Origin: Candidatus Saccharimonadota bacterium
GTDB lineage: Bacteria > Patescibacteriota > Gracilibacteria > UBA4473
Direction: 5' to 3'
NCBI GenBank assembly: GCA_030429505.1
Contig: JAUIFI010000001.1
Span: 180,001 to 212,000 of the forward strand
DNA length: 32,000 nt
The notes under the pieces are model-generated. The model was not told the DNA's origin, did not search any database, and saw only the letters and a list, made by a program, of their open reading frames with translations. This document shows positions 15,276 to 22,462 of the stretch, piece by piece (positions within the stretch are counted from its first letter, which is position 1; each line of letters opens with the position of its first letter). Made by a program: the position numbers and the translations under genes.

Positions 15276-16559
15276 TCAAAGCTCTGATCTCAGTAAATCT
15301 TTTAAATATTCAATGATCTTATCAAGATCTACTTCTTCTTTTTTTCCGGTTTTCATATTGCGCACCAAAATTTTCTTTTTACGAACTTCCAAATCTCCCA
15401 AAAGTAAAGAAAAAGGTGCTTTGAAACGCTCAGCACGTTTGAGTTGTTCTTCCATGGAAGTTTTTCCCAAATTTCCAACCGCATGAAAACCATGCTGGCG
15501 TAGTTGATATAAAAGAGGAAGTGCTTTCTTTTTTGCCAAAGGACCCGTTGCAGCTACAAAAACTTCTAAAGGTTCGTTTAAATCAGGAAATTGTTTACAC
15601 TTCTGCATTAATTCCGCCATTCTCTTCACCCCTCCTGCAAATCCGGCCCCTCCCAAATCTTTTTCTCCTCCCATGGTAGAAATGAGTCCATCATATCTCC
15701 CTCCAGCCATAAGTTTATTGAGTGTGCCTTTTTCAAAAAATTCAAAAACCGTATGCTGATAATATTCCATCGGTCGAAATAAATAAGGGTCTACTGTGTA
15801 AGCAATCCCAAGAGAATCAAGGTACTCAATCATTTCTTCAAAAAATTTCTGAGATTCAGGAGAAAGAAATTCTGTGATCTTCGGTGCCATTTCCACCAGA
15901 ATAGCTTCATCTTCTGTAAGTGGTGTGAGCAAAGATAGATATTTCTTTTGTTCTATTTTTTCCAATGAAGTAGGGGATAGACTTCGTTCTTTGCCACTAT
16001 AAAAATTCTCTAAAGCTTCCAAATATTTCCTTCTATCTTCAAAAGACCCTACTGTGTTTACTTTCAGCTCACAACGTTTTCGTATTCCTAAATCCATGAA
16101 AATCTGATCAGCTAAAGCAATAAGTTCTGCATCAATCGCCGGATCAGATTCTCCTAAAACTTCTACTCCCACTTGCCAAAAACTCCGTTGAGTATTTGAT
16201 TTTATTCGTTCAAAACGAAAGCAATCTCCAACATAATACACAGACAAAGGAAGTGGCATTTTTGTATGCATCTCATGTTGGATAAATGATCGAACAATGC
16301 CGGTTGTGATTTCTGGTCTAAGTGAATACTGCCGCCCTCTACGATCTTCAAACCCATACATTTCTTTTTGAAGTATTTCTGATGTTGTTCCGAGACTTCT
16401 TTCAAAGCAATCTTGTTGCTCAAATAAAGGAGTGGACATCTGTTTGAATCCACACTGTTCAAAGCGTTTTTGAATCATATGAATCATAAAGCGCACTCGG
16501 CTATATTCATCAGGCAGATAATCATGAGTGCCCATAGGGGCCTTGAAGTATTTAGGCAT
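15276..16559 (-). CDS. hisS: histidyl-tRNA synthetase
   Basis: Class II motifs: LRPEITTG, FRFER, AGGRYDGL and GFAGG. A C-terminal anticodon-binding domain is present. The start is placed at MPKYFKAPMGTHDYLP (16559) rather than the upstream extension at 16592. Confidence 0.9.
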   Translation of the reverse strand: MPKYFKAPMGTHDYLPDEYSRVRFMIHMIQKRFEQCGFKQMSTPLFEQQDCFERSLGTTSEILQKEMYGFEDRRGRQYSLRPEITTGIVRSFIQHEMHTKMPLPLSVYYVGDCFRFERIKSNTQRSFWQVGVEVLGESDPAIDAELIALADQIFMDLGIRKRCELKVNTVGSFEDRRKYLEALENFYSGKERSLSPTSLEKIEQKKYLSLLTPLTEDEAILVEMAPKITEFLSPESQKFFEEMIEYLDSLGIAYTVDPYLFRPMEYYQHTVFEFFEKGTLNKLMAGGRYDGLISTMGGEKDLGGAGFAGGVKRMAELMQKCKQFPDLNEPLEVFVAATGPLAKKKALPLLYQLRQHGFHAVGNLGKTSMEEQLKRAERFKAPFSLLLGDLEVRKKKILVRNMKTGKKEEVDLDKIIEYLKDLLRSEL

Positions 16560-16599
16560 TACACAAAATGAATTATAGATGAACTGATACAAGGTATAG

Positions 16600-16628
16600 T
16601 TTACAAAAAGATCGTTCTGGTGTAAAAT
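16600..16628 (+). promoter_or_regulatory. sigma70-like promoter of the YtxH-like gene
   Basis: TTTACA (16600-16605), 17-nt spacer, TAAAAT (16623-16628). The ATG is at 16649. Confidence 0.45.
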
Positions 16629-16648
16629 AAATCTGAAAAGAAAGGATT

Positions 16649-17080
16649 ATGAAAGGATTTATCAAATTCGTCATCACTATCAGTACTGGAGTCTTGTACG
16701 GGCTTTTATTCGCTCAGAAACCAGGAAAAAAATTTCGATCAGAAATAAAAAAATCAAAAAATCGATTGAAAGATATTTTGAACGAACTCAAAGAAGTCGA
16801 CAAAGAAGCTGTAGCATTAACAAAAGATTGGACTCAAAATTCAGAAGAAATTCAAGTCATGGTTCAAACCGGAAAAGAACACTTTGATCACTTGATAAAA
16901 AAATCAAAAACACTCGGAGAAACACAAATAAAAGAAGCAGAAAATGCACTCAAAGAATTAATTGAAAATGCGGAATATGCCCTAAATGAGTTAAAAAAAC
17001 GAGCGCAGAAAAAAACAGAAAAAGTAAAAAAAGGACTCAAAAAAGAGGTCAAAACCATTGCCAAAAAACTTAAAAAATAA
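16649..17080 (+). CDS. YtxH-like membrane-anchored coiled-coil protein
   Basis: N-terminal TM helix with G..YGLLFAQKPGKKFRSEI, matching the YtxH pattern G-x-L-x-A-P-x-S-G-x-E-x-R. The rest is K/E-rich helix. Confidence 0.7.
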   Translation: MKGFIKFVITISTGVLYGLLFAQKPGKKFRSEIKKSKNRLKDILNELKEVDKEAVALTKDWTQNSEEIQVMVQTGKEHFDHLIKKSKTLGETQIKEAENALKELIENAEYALNELKKRAQKKTEKVKKGLKKEVKTIAKKLKK

Positions 17081-17322
17081 TTCCTCCGATTCTTACTGGA
17101 TTTACTGGAGCAGCTATTATCCTTATAGCTTTTATACTTGTACAAATTCATAAATGGCATGATACAGATTTTCGATATGATCTAAGCAATCTCATAGGGT
17201 CAATCCTTTTAATGATTTATGCATTTTTAGGAAATAGTTGGACATTCTTTATTCTCAATGCTGTCTGGGCAATCGTTTCTTTGAGTGATTGCGTTTACTA
17301 TTTAAAAAACAAAACAGGCTAA
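17080..17322 (+). CDS. small two-TM membrane protein, no canonical start codon (not in ORF track)
   Basis: The frame is open 17074-17322. It encodes IPPILTGFTGAAIILIAFILVQIHKWHDTDFRYDLSNLIGSILLMIYAFLGNSWTFFILNAVWAIVSLSDCVYYLKNKTG. The two hydrophobic helices have gene-like composition. The only in-frame ATG is codon 48, so the candidate starts are ATA 17077 and ATT 17080. Confidence 0.45.
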   Translation: MPPILTGFTGAAIILIAFILVQIHKWHDTDFRYDLSNLIGSILLMIYAFLGNSWTFFILNAVWAIVSLSDCVYYLKNKTG

Positions 17323-17398
17323 TTCTTAAAAATATGACTAAAATTAAGTTGTTATAGAAAGCATATTCAGGTAAAAAGAGCCAGCCAAAAGAAGATAT

Positions 17399-19063
17399 AT
17401 GAGAGAACTCGATCAATACCTAGAACGAAAAGGTGCCAAATATTTTGTAGCACTCACAATGATCTTTTATGTAATTGGAACAGGGATTTTTAATATATAT
17501 CTTCGTTCGCTTGGCATTGCCGAATTCGATCTGGTCAAACTCCGTTATATGTTTGTCGGACTTACCTTTGTCATTTTATCCGCTGTGCCAGTACTTCTTT
17601 TTTTCGGTATCCGAAAACTTGTGCACATTAAAAAATTGCAAGGGAAAAAACTAACCAAGAGGCAAAAAACTCTATTTTGGAACAGATTTGAAAAGGTATT
17701 GATAATATTAATTCTTCCTTGGATTATTTTTTATTCTTTGTATGTTTTTCCTTTGGTTCCCACTGGATTTGGAGGAGCAAAACCTTTTTTGGCCAGACTT
17801 GTAGGACAAAAAGAACAAATCAGAGGCATCAATGAACTTATTGCCTTTGAAACAGGGGTCCCTCTCGAAAAACTTGCTTTTGAACTAGCATCAGAAAATT
17901 CTGATCTGGCGATTGGTGCCAATGTTTTGGTTTTGGACAATAACCCAAGTAGAATTTTCCTTTTACTCACTAAGGATCTCTATCTCCAATCGACTTCAAG
18001 ATTAGCAAAAGACCTAATAGAATCAGGAGCCAGTACCAAAGATTTTCAAATTGAATCAACCAAAGATTTTCAGCTTAAGCCGCTCATTGTCGATGCTAGA
18101 AAAGTAGAAGGATTTACATTGTCACTTGCAGAACCTCCTGAAGTTTTGACTCGTGAAGATTTAGCCGTTGCTGCAGCTGCCATATCCTCTGATCCTCAAA
18201 ATCAAGAAAAAACAACTATTGTCTCAAACTTTTTCGAAGAAAAAGCCCCTAACATTGCTCCACAAGTTATCCAACTTGTGAAAGAAAAAGCCGAGCAACG
18301 AGAAAAAGATTCTCTAGAAAACACTACCAAAGTTCCGGACATAAAAGACTCAGAAAAGAAAGAACCAGTAGAAGTAGATAATACAACGGAAAATATAGAA
18401 GATGCCCGAGATTTAGTAGGAGCAATTGAAAAAATAGTAGATACGGCTTTTTTAGACTTTAGAGAAAAAACTTTCCAAGAAGCAGACAAAATTTGCTATT
18501 ACGAACGAGGTCAAAAAAATTCAAAAGCTCGACTCGAAATGGTTAAAAGTATCTCAGAAACCTTTGAAAAAGAATTCCCTGAAGACTGGAGAAAACTGCA
18601 ACAAAAAAACTACCTCGCGAATGCTCAAGGAGATGAATTTTTTCCTTGTGTTGTGAGCCGTATTTTTGAACGTTCAGAACATCCCTCTGATGTCATAAAA
18701 AGCCTGAATAATACAGAACCAGAAAAAGGCATAACTTTTTTTGATATTATGGATGGAGCCTTGGAGTTGCTTGATAAATCATCAAAAAGTAACACGCCAT
18801 CCAATAGAAAATATGTTAGTCAAGTTCTCATTCGTTACTTTTCTCAAAAAGCTCGAACGTATGCAACCTACTGGAATGAATCAAAATATTTGCAAGAAGG
18901 AAGAAATGATGAAGCTTATTTTAAAAATATTCGACTTGCCATGGTGCAATCAAAATCATGGGAAAGCCTGAAACAAAACTTAGAACGATATTATGAAAAT
19001 TTCGAAGCAAAAGAAGAATCATCACCTCCGGAGTTTACAGGATCAGGATCATCAGTAGAGTAA
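17399..19063 (+). CDS. hypothetical membrane protein (N-terminal TM helices, large soluble C-terminal part)
   Basis: 554-aa ORF with about 3-4 TM helices in the first 125 aa. No domain recognised. It lies 4 nt upstream of the epimerase gene. Confidence 0.75.
   Translation: MRELDQYLERKGAKYFVALTMIFYVIGTGIFNIYLRSLGIAEFDLVKLRYMFVGLTFVILSAVPVLLFFGIRKLVHIKKLQGKKLTKRQKTLFWNRFEKVLIILILPWIIFYSLYVFPLVPTGFGGAKPFLARLVGQKEQIRGINELIAFETGVPLEKLAFELASENSDLAIGANVLVLDNNPSRIFLLLTKDLYLQSTSRLAKDLIESGASTKDFQIESTKDFQLKPLIVDARKVEGFTLSLAEPPEVLTREDLAVAAAAISSDPQNQEKTTIVSNFFEEKAPNIAPQVIQLVKEKAEQREKDSLENTTKVPDIKDSEKKEPVEVDNTTENIEDARDLVGAIEKIVDTAFLDFREKTFQEADKICYYERGQKNSKARLEMVKSISETFEKEFPEDWRKLQQKNYLANAQGDEFFPCVVSRIFERSEHPSDVIKSLNNTEPEKGITFFDIMDGALELLDKSSKSNTPSNRKYVSQVLIRYFSQKARTYATYWNESKYLQEGRNDEAYFKNIRLAMVQSKSWESLKQNLERYYENFEAKEESSPPEFTGSGSSVE
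18032..18079 (+). repeat. in-frame 24-nt tandem duplication (STKDFQIE/STKDFQLK)
   Basis: ACCAAAGATTTTCA occurs at 18035 and again at 18059. Confidence 0.7.
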
Positions 19064-19067
19064 AGCT

Positions 19068-20036
19068 ATGAAAAAGAAGGTGCTCGTGACTGGAGGAGCA
19101 GGATTTATTGGTTCTAATTTCTGTAATATCAATCAAAATAAATTTGATATTGTTGCTTTAGATAACTTATTTTTAGGAGATAAGGAGAATCTTGATCCAT
19201 CTATCACCTTCGTAAAAGGCGATGCATGCCAACGAGAAGATTTAACACGGTGTGGTGATGAGTTTGATGCTGTACTGCATTTAGCGGGAACATCATCAGC
19301 ACCGATGTTTAATGACGATGGATTTGTTAATGGATATGTGAACTCGATCAAAAGTTTTGTTCAAGTATTGGAGTTCGCTCGTAAATCTGGGGCTAAAAAG
19401 TTCCTCTATGCTTCAACTTCTTCTCTCTATGGAAATAATCCCATGCCATTAATTGAGACACAGGTTGTGAATCCTCCAAACCACTATGCTGTCACAAAAA
19501 TATGTTATGAACACTGTGCAGAATGTTATTATCGGGTCTATCCAGAAATGGATATAACAGGTTTTCGGTTTATGTCCGTCTATGGTCCTAATGAAGAAGC
19601 TAAGGGGCAATTTGCGAATATGATATCCCAATTTATTTGGGATATGGTACGTGATTTACCACCTGTCATATATGGGACAGGGGAACAATTTCGTGACTTT
19701 ACTAATGTTCGTGATGTCGTACAGGGAATTACTCTTGCTTTAGAATCAGAGAAGAAATGGGGAAACAAGGTCTACAACATTGGAACCGGAAAAAGCAGTT
19801 CCTTTAATGATATTTTACAAGAAATTAATACAGCACTAGGAAAATCGATAGAACCAATTTATATTAAAAATCCTGTCAAAGAAGGATACGTAAAGGGACA
19901 ACATGCTGATATTACTCGTATCTCTCGTGATTTGGGATATATACCAAAAATAACTTTAAAAGCTGGTATTTACGAACAGACACAAAACATTAATCGAAAT
20001 AAAATCAGAGAAACGAGTTCTGATTATTTACGGTAG
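19068..20036 (+). CDS. NAD-dependent sugar epimerase/dehydratase (extended SDR)
   Basis: Rossmann motif GGAGFIGSN and catalytic YAVTK (YxxxK). Length is 322 aa. Confidence 0.9.
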   Translation: MKKKVLVTGGAGFIGSNFCNINQNKFDIVALDNLFLGDKENLDPSITFVKGDACQREDLTRCGDEFDAVLHLAGTSSAPMFNDDGFVNGYVNSIKSFVQVLEFARKSGAKKFLYASTSSLYGNNPMPLIETQVVNPPNHYAVTKICYEHCAECYYRVYPEMDITGFRFMSVYGPNEEAKGQFANMISQFIWDMVRDLPPVIYGTGEQFRDFTNVRDVVQGITLALESEKKWGNKVYNIGTGKSSSFNDILQEINTALGKSIEPIYIKNPVKEGYVKGQHADITRISRDLGYIPKITLKAGIYEQTQNINRNKIRETSSDYLR

Positions 20037-20090
20037 AAAATTTGACGCCTCGCCAAATTTTCGTACAGTTGGAAAGCTCTTTTTTCGTTT

Positions 20091-20118
20091 TTGAAAGTGA
20101 CATAAAGGGGGATAATAC
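20091..20118 (+). promoter_or_regulatory. possible promoter for the tRNA-Asp transcript
   Basis: TTGAAA (20091-20096), 16-nt spacer, TAATAC (20113-20118). This implies a 5' leader of about 125 nt. Confidence 0.35.
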
Positions 20119-20251
20119 ACGAGCAGAGCGGGGGCTCTAAACGTGGAAAAAACGCGAATCGAGTGAGTGCTCGATGAGCGAGACGAGAAGATGATGATAT
20201 TGGAAGCTTCTGCGAATAGACGAAGCGACTTCACGAAATCAGCTTCGAGGA

Positions 20252-20328
20252 GGGATCGTAGCTCAGTTGGTTAGAGCGCCGCCCTGTCACGGCGGAGGTC
20301 GCGGGTTCGAGTCCCGTCGGTCCCGCCA
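20252..20328 (+). tRNA. tRNA-Asp (anticodon GTC)
   Basis: GGGATCGTAGCTCAGTTGGTTAGAGCGCCGCCCTGTCACGGCGGAGGTCGCGGGTTCGAGTCCCGTCGGTCCCGCCA. The cloverleaf folds, the anticodon loop is CUGUCAC and CCA is encoded. Confidence 0.95.
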
Positions 20329-20346
20329 TAAAAAAACATATTGGTG

Positions 20347-20379
20347 AAAAAAACCGTAACAACTGTTACGGTTTTTTTT
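20347..20379. terminator. bidirectional intrinsic terminator
   Basis: ACCGTAAC (20353-20360) pairs with GTTACGGT (20365-20372) across a 4-nt loop. It is flanked by A7 upstream and T8 downstream. Confidence 0.8.
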
Positions 20380-20437
20380 GTTCTTACTGGCTCTTTGCTG
20401 GAAAAATGGGTGATTTCGCCTATTCTACGCATTATCT

Positions 20438-20809
20438 TCACTTGAGATTTATCATACGTTCCGAGGAGACAAAGGGTTTGGAACCTGCGCCAAGTGTTAT
20501 TCCGCTGTTCTCTTTGTCAGCGTAAACACTGAGGAAGGGGCGACCTTTATCATCTTTCGGCAGGTCATCAAGGCTGAAGGTAAAGCTTTCTAGAACGACT
20601 TTCCACATCAAATCTTCTGGCGTGTACAGTGAGACATCAATGGAGCCTGGCTTTGGAGCGATCTTGAGCCACACATAGACATCTTTATTGCCAGGTACTT
20701 CGAATAAGATATCGCGCAATCCGTTATGGCCATGGACAATAGCAACCACTTCCAAGTTTTCCATATACACTTTTGGGAAGGATGAATTCTTTTTATTTGC
20801 ATTCGACAT
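20438..20809 (-). CDS. hypothetical protein between two tRNA genes
   Basis: The ORF track gives 20438-20842 with an internal ATG at 20809 (MSNANKK), so the start is ambiguous. It looks GC-richer than its neighbours. No domain recognised. Confidence 0.6.
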   Translation of the reverse strand: MSNANKKNSSFPKVYMENLEVVAIVHGHNGLRDILFEVPGNKDVYVWLKIAPKPGSIDVSLYTPEDLMWKVVLESFTFSLDDLPKDDKGRPFLSVYADKENSGITLGAGSKPFVSSERMINLK

Positions 20810-21049
20810 AGCTGCAATCCTTGTTAAAGTGAGTAGAAACATGAATGTATTTTTCCCGCTAGGAACGGGGCAAATGAGCCTTCCAGATGAGACCCAAAGA
20901 ATCAGTAACCCCGTTACTCTGTGACAGAACCGTAAAGAACAACGACTTTTTTTCTTTGTAGTTGAGAAATAAAAAGTATAATTATTTTTTAAATCATTAT
21001 TTTGTATTTGTCAAGTGCATTTATCTCATGAAACATTTGATACGAAATC

Positions 21050-21077
21050 TTCACAAACCTTCTTTTTCGTTTACAAT
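21050..21077 (+). promoter_or_regulatory. promoter abutting tRNA-Pro
   Basis: TTCACA (21050-21055), 16-nt spacer, TACAAT (21072-21077). The mature tRNA 5' end lies 9 nt downstream. Confidence 0.45.
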
Positions 21078-21086
21078 TCTGAAGAT

Positions 21087-21162
21087 CGGGGTGTAGCTCA
21101 GTTGGTAGAGTTCACGGCTGGGGGTCGTGAGGTCGCAGGTTCAAGTCCTGTCACCCCGACCA
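21087..21162 (+). tRNA. tRNA-Pro (anticodon GGG)
   Basis: CGGGGTGTAGCTCAGTTGGTAGAGTTCACGGCTGGGGGTCGTGAGGTCGCAGGTTCAAGTCCTGTCACCCCGACCA. The acceptor stem is CGGGGTG/CACCCCG, the anticodon loop is CUGGGGG and CCA is encoded. Confidence 0.92.
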
Positions 21163-21331
21163 GTTAGGGTTCAATCTCATTATTGGATCCTCATAATTAT
21201 CTGAAAAAGTTAAATAGCGCGTAGCAGTTTTATTGATTTTTATTTTCAGCCTTATCAAGTGGTTTAATGGTATGTTGTGCCATATATTTATGCTTTCGCA
21301 TTTTAACATCCAGATCAAAGTCCTAATTTTC

Positions 21332-21360
21332 TTGACATATTTTTCAATTTCCTTTAATAG
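21332..21360 (+). promoter_or_regulatory. sigma70-like promoter upstream of the GC-rich element
   Basis: TTGACA (21332-21337), 17-nt spacer, TAATAG (21355-21360). Confidence 0.4.
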
Positions 21361-21366
21361 TGAAAC

Positions 21367-21517
21367 TGCGGTAAGTAAAAGTTTGTCTTAACAGTCTCTT
21401 GTTCGCAAGGAGTGAGCGCTTTCAGCTTCCCGGACCAGCTGAGTATCCCCCTTCCGCACTGGGTGATCCGGCCAAAAGCCCCCGCGGTATAACGCTGTAC
21501 CGGGGGGCTTTCTTCTT
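21367..21517 (+). ncRNA. candidate ~150-nt GC-rich structured RNA, unknown family
   Basis: It lies between the promoter-like motif and a GC-rich terminator. Internal helices include a UUCG-capped stem (21397-21413), TCAGCT/AGCTGA (21422-21442) and CCGGA/TCCGG (21431-21471). No plus-strand gene lies downstream. Confidence 0.35.
21475..21517. terminator. GC-rich intrinsic terminator (could serve either strand)
   Basis: GCCCCC-(G)-CGGTA (21478-21489) pairs with TACCG-GGGGGC (21498-21508). TTTCTTCTT follows on the plus strand, and AAAA precedes it (CTTTTGG on the minus strand). Confidence 0.7.
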
Positions 21518-21586
21518 AATATGTTATAGCTTCCGACTTAAATTTCATCAACCAATTGTAAATTTTATATATTTTGAATAATTTTT

Positions 21587-22462
21587 TTATTCAAAAAAAT
21601 CACGCGCCAACATCCCAGCCCCCACAGCCCCGGCATTTTTGATCTGGGAGATCTCAAGTTGAATACGAAGCGGATATCCATTTTCTTCAAAGAGTGTATT
21701 TGTCTTTGTTTCCAAAGTATCGCGAAAATAAGACCAAAAGTGTTTTCCAACTCCACCTCCCAATACAATCACTTCTGGATTAAGTATCAAACTTAAATTG
21801 TAAAACCATTGTGCCATGGCTTCAAAATGCTCTTGAAGGAGTTCTTCAAATTTTACTCGATCCTCTTCCACATGATCCTCAATCTCTCTCATATCAGACT
21901 GCTGTATTTTTTCCTGAAAAAACTTACTCAAGCCCGGACCAGCAAAAAGAGATTCAACTTCTTGATTTTCTGTTCCCAGAAACATATGCCCAATCTCTCC
22001 TGCATAACCGTCATTTCCCTGAAAAATTTTGCCATCCAAGATTATTCCACTCCCAACGCCAGTTCCCAAAATAATTCCTAAAAATACCTTTGGACGAGTG
22101 GGATGAAGATGCTGCTCTGCCAAAGCAAATAAACGAGCATCATTTTCGATTTTAACCGGTAAAGAAAATTTCTCAGATAAAAAATCCGCTAAAGCAAAAT
22201 CTTCAAATCCATCAATATTAGGCGCTTTACTAATCACCCCACGCTCACTCTGGACAAATCCCGCCCACGATACACCAATCGCTTTTACCGACTCATCTCG
22301 CACACTTTCGATCGCTTGTATCAGATTTTTCAAAACAGTATCTCGCCCTTGGTGAGCTTCTGTCGCAATCTTGGTCTCACTTAATATTTTTGAATCACGA
22401 TCAAAGCGAGCCGCATAAATCTTCGTTCCTCCAATATCGAGACCAATGACAGTAGATTTCAT
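21587..22462 (-). CDS. ROK-family sugar kinase (glucokinase-like), lacking the usual Cys zinc motif
   Basis: LDIGGTK ATP-binding motif and the ROK signature GTGVGSGIILDGKIFQGNDGYAGEIGH. No CxCGxxGC follows the GH. The start at MKSTVIGLDIGG (22462) overlaps the GH15 stop by ATGA. Confidence 0.85.
   Translation of the reverse strand: MKSTVIGLDIGGTKIYAARFDRDSKILSETKIATEAHQGRDTVLKNLIQAIESVRDESVKAIGVSWAGFVQSERGVISKAPNIDGFEDFALADFLSEKFSLPVKIENDARLFALAEQHLHPTRPKVFLGIILGTGVGSGIILDGKIFQGNDGYAGEIGHMFLGTENQEVESLFAGPGLSKFFQEKIQQSDMREIEDHVEEDRVKFEELLQEHFEAMAQWFYNLSLILNPEVIVLGGGVGKHFWSYFRDTLETKTNTLFEENGYPLRIQLEISQIKNAGAVGAGMLARDFFE

Noticed and set aside
16560-16592. N-terminal extensions offered by the ORF track: hisS 16592, SLH gene 5552, ROK 22531, secreted protein 30490 (TTG), small secreted protein 1365.
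   Set aside because: The internal ATGs give canonical N-termini (conserved HisRS or ROK starts, or proper signal peptides). The extensions overlap promoter-like motifs or the upstream gene.
21163-21190. att-site-like duplication of the tRNA-Pro 3' end (GGTTCAA recurs just downstream), suggesting an integrated element.
   Set aside because: Only 7 nt match, and no integrase, recombinase or second repeat copy is visible.
21399-21581. 60-aa plus-strand ORF inside the GC-rich element.
   Set aside because: It reads straight through the terminator hairpin. It has no promoter-proximal start context and the peptide is featureless. The region is better explained as RNA structure.
21574-21594. Inverted repeat TTGAATAA-T5-TTATTCAA spanning the ROK stop codon, considered as a terminator.
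   Set aside because: The stem is AT-only and there is no U-run in the right place. The GC-rich hairpin at 21478-21508 is the more credible terminator.
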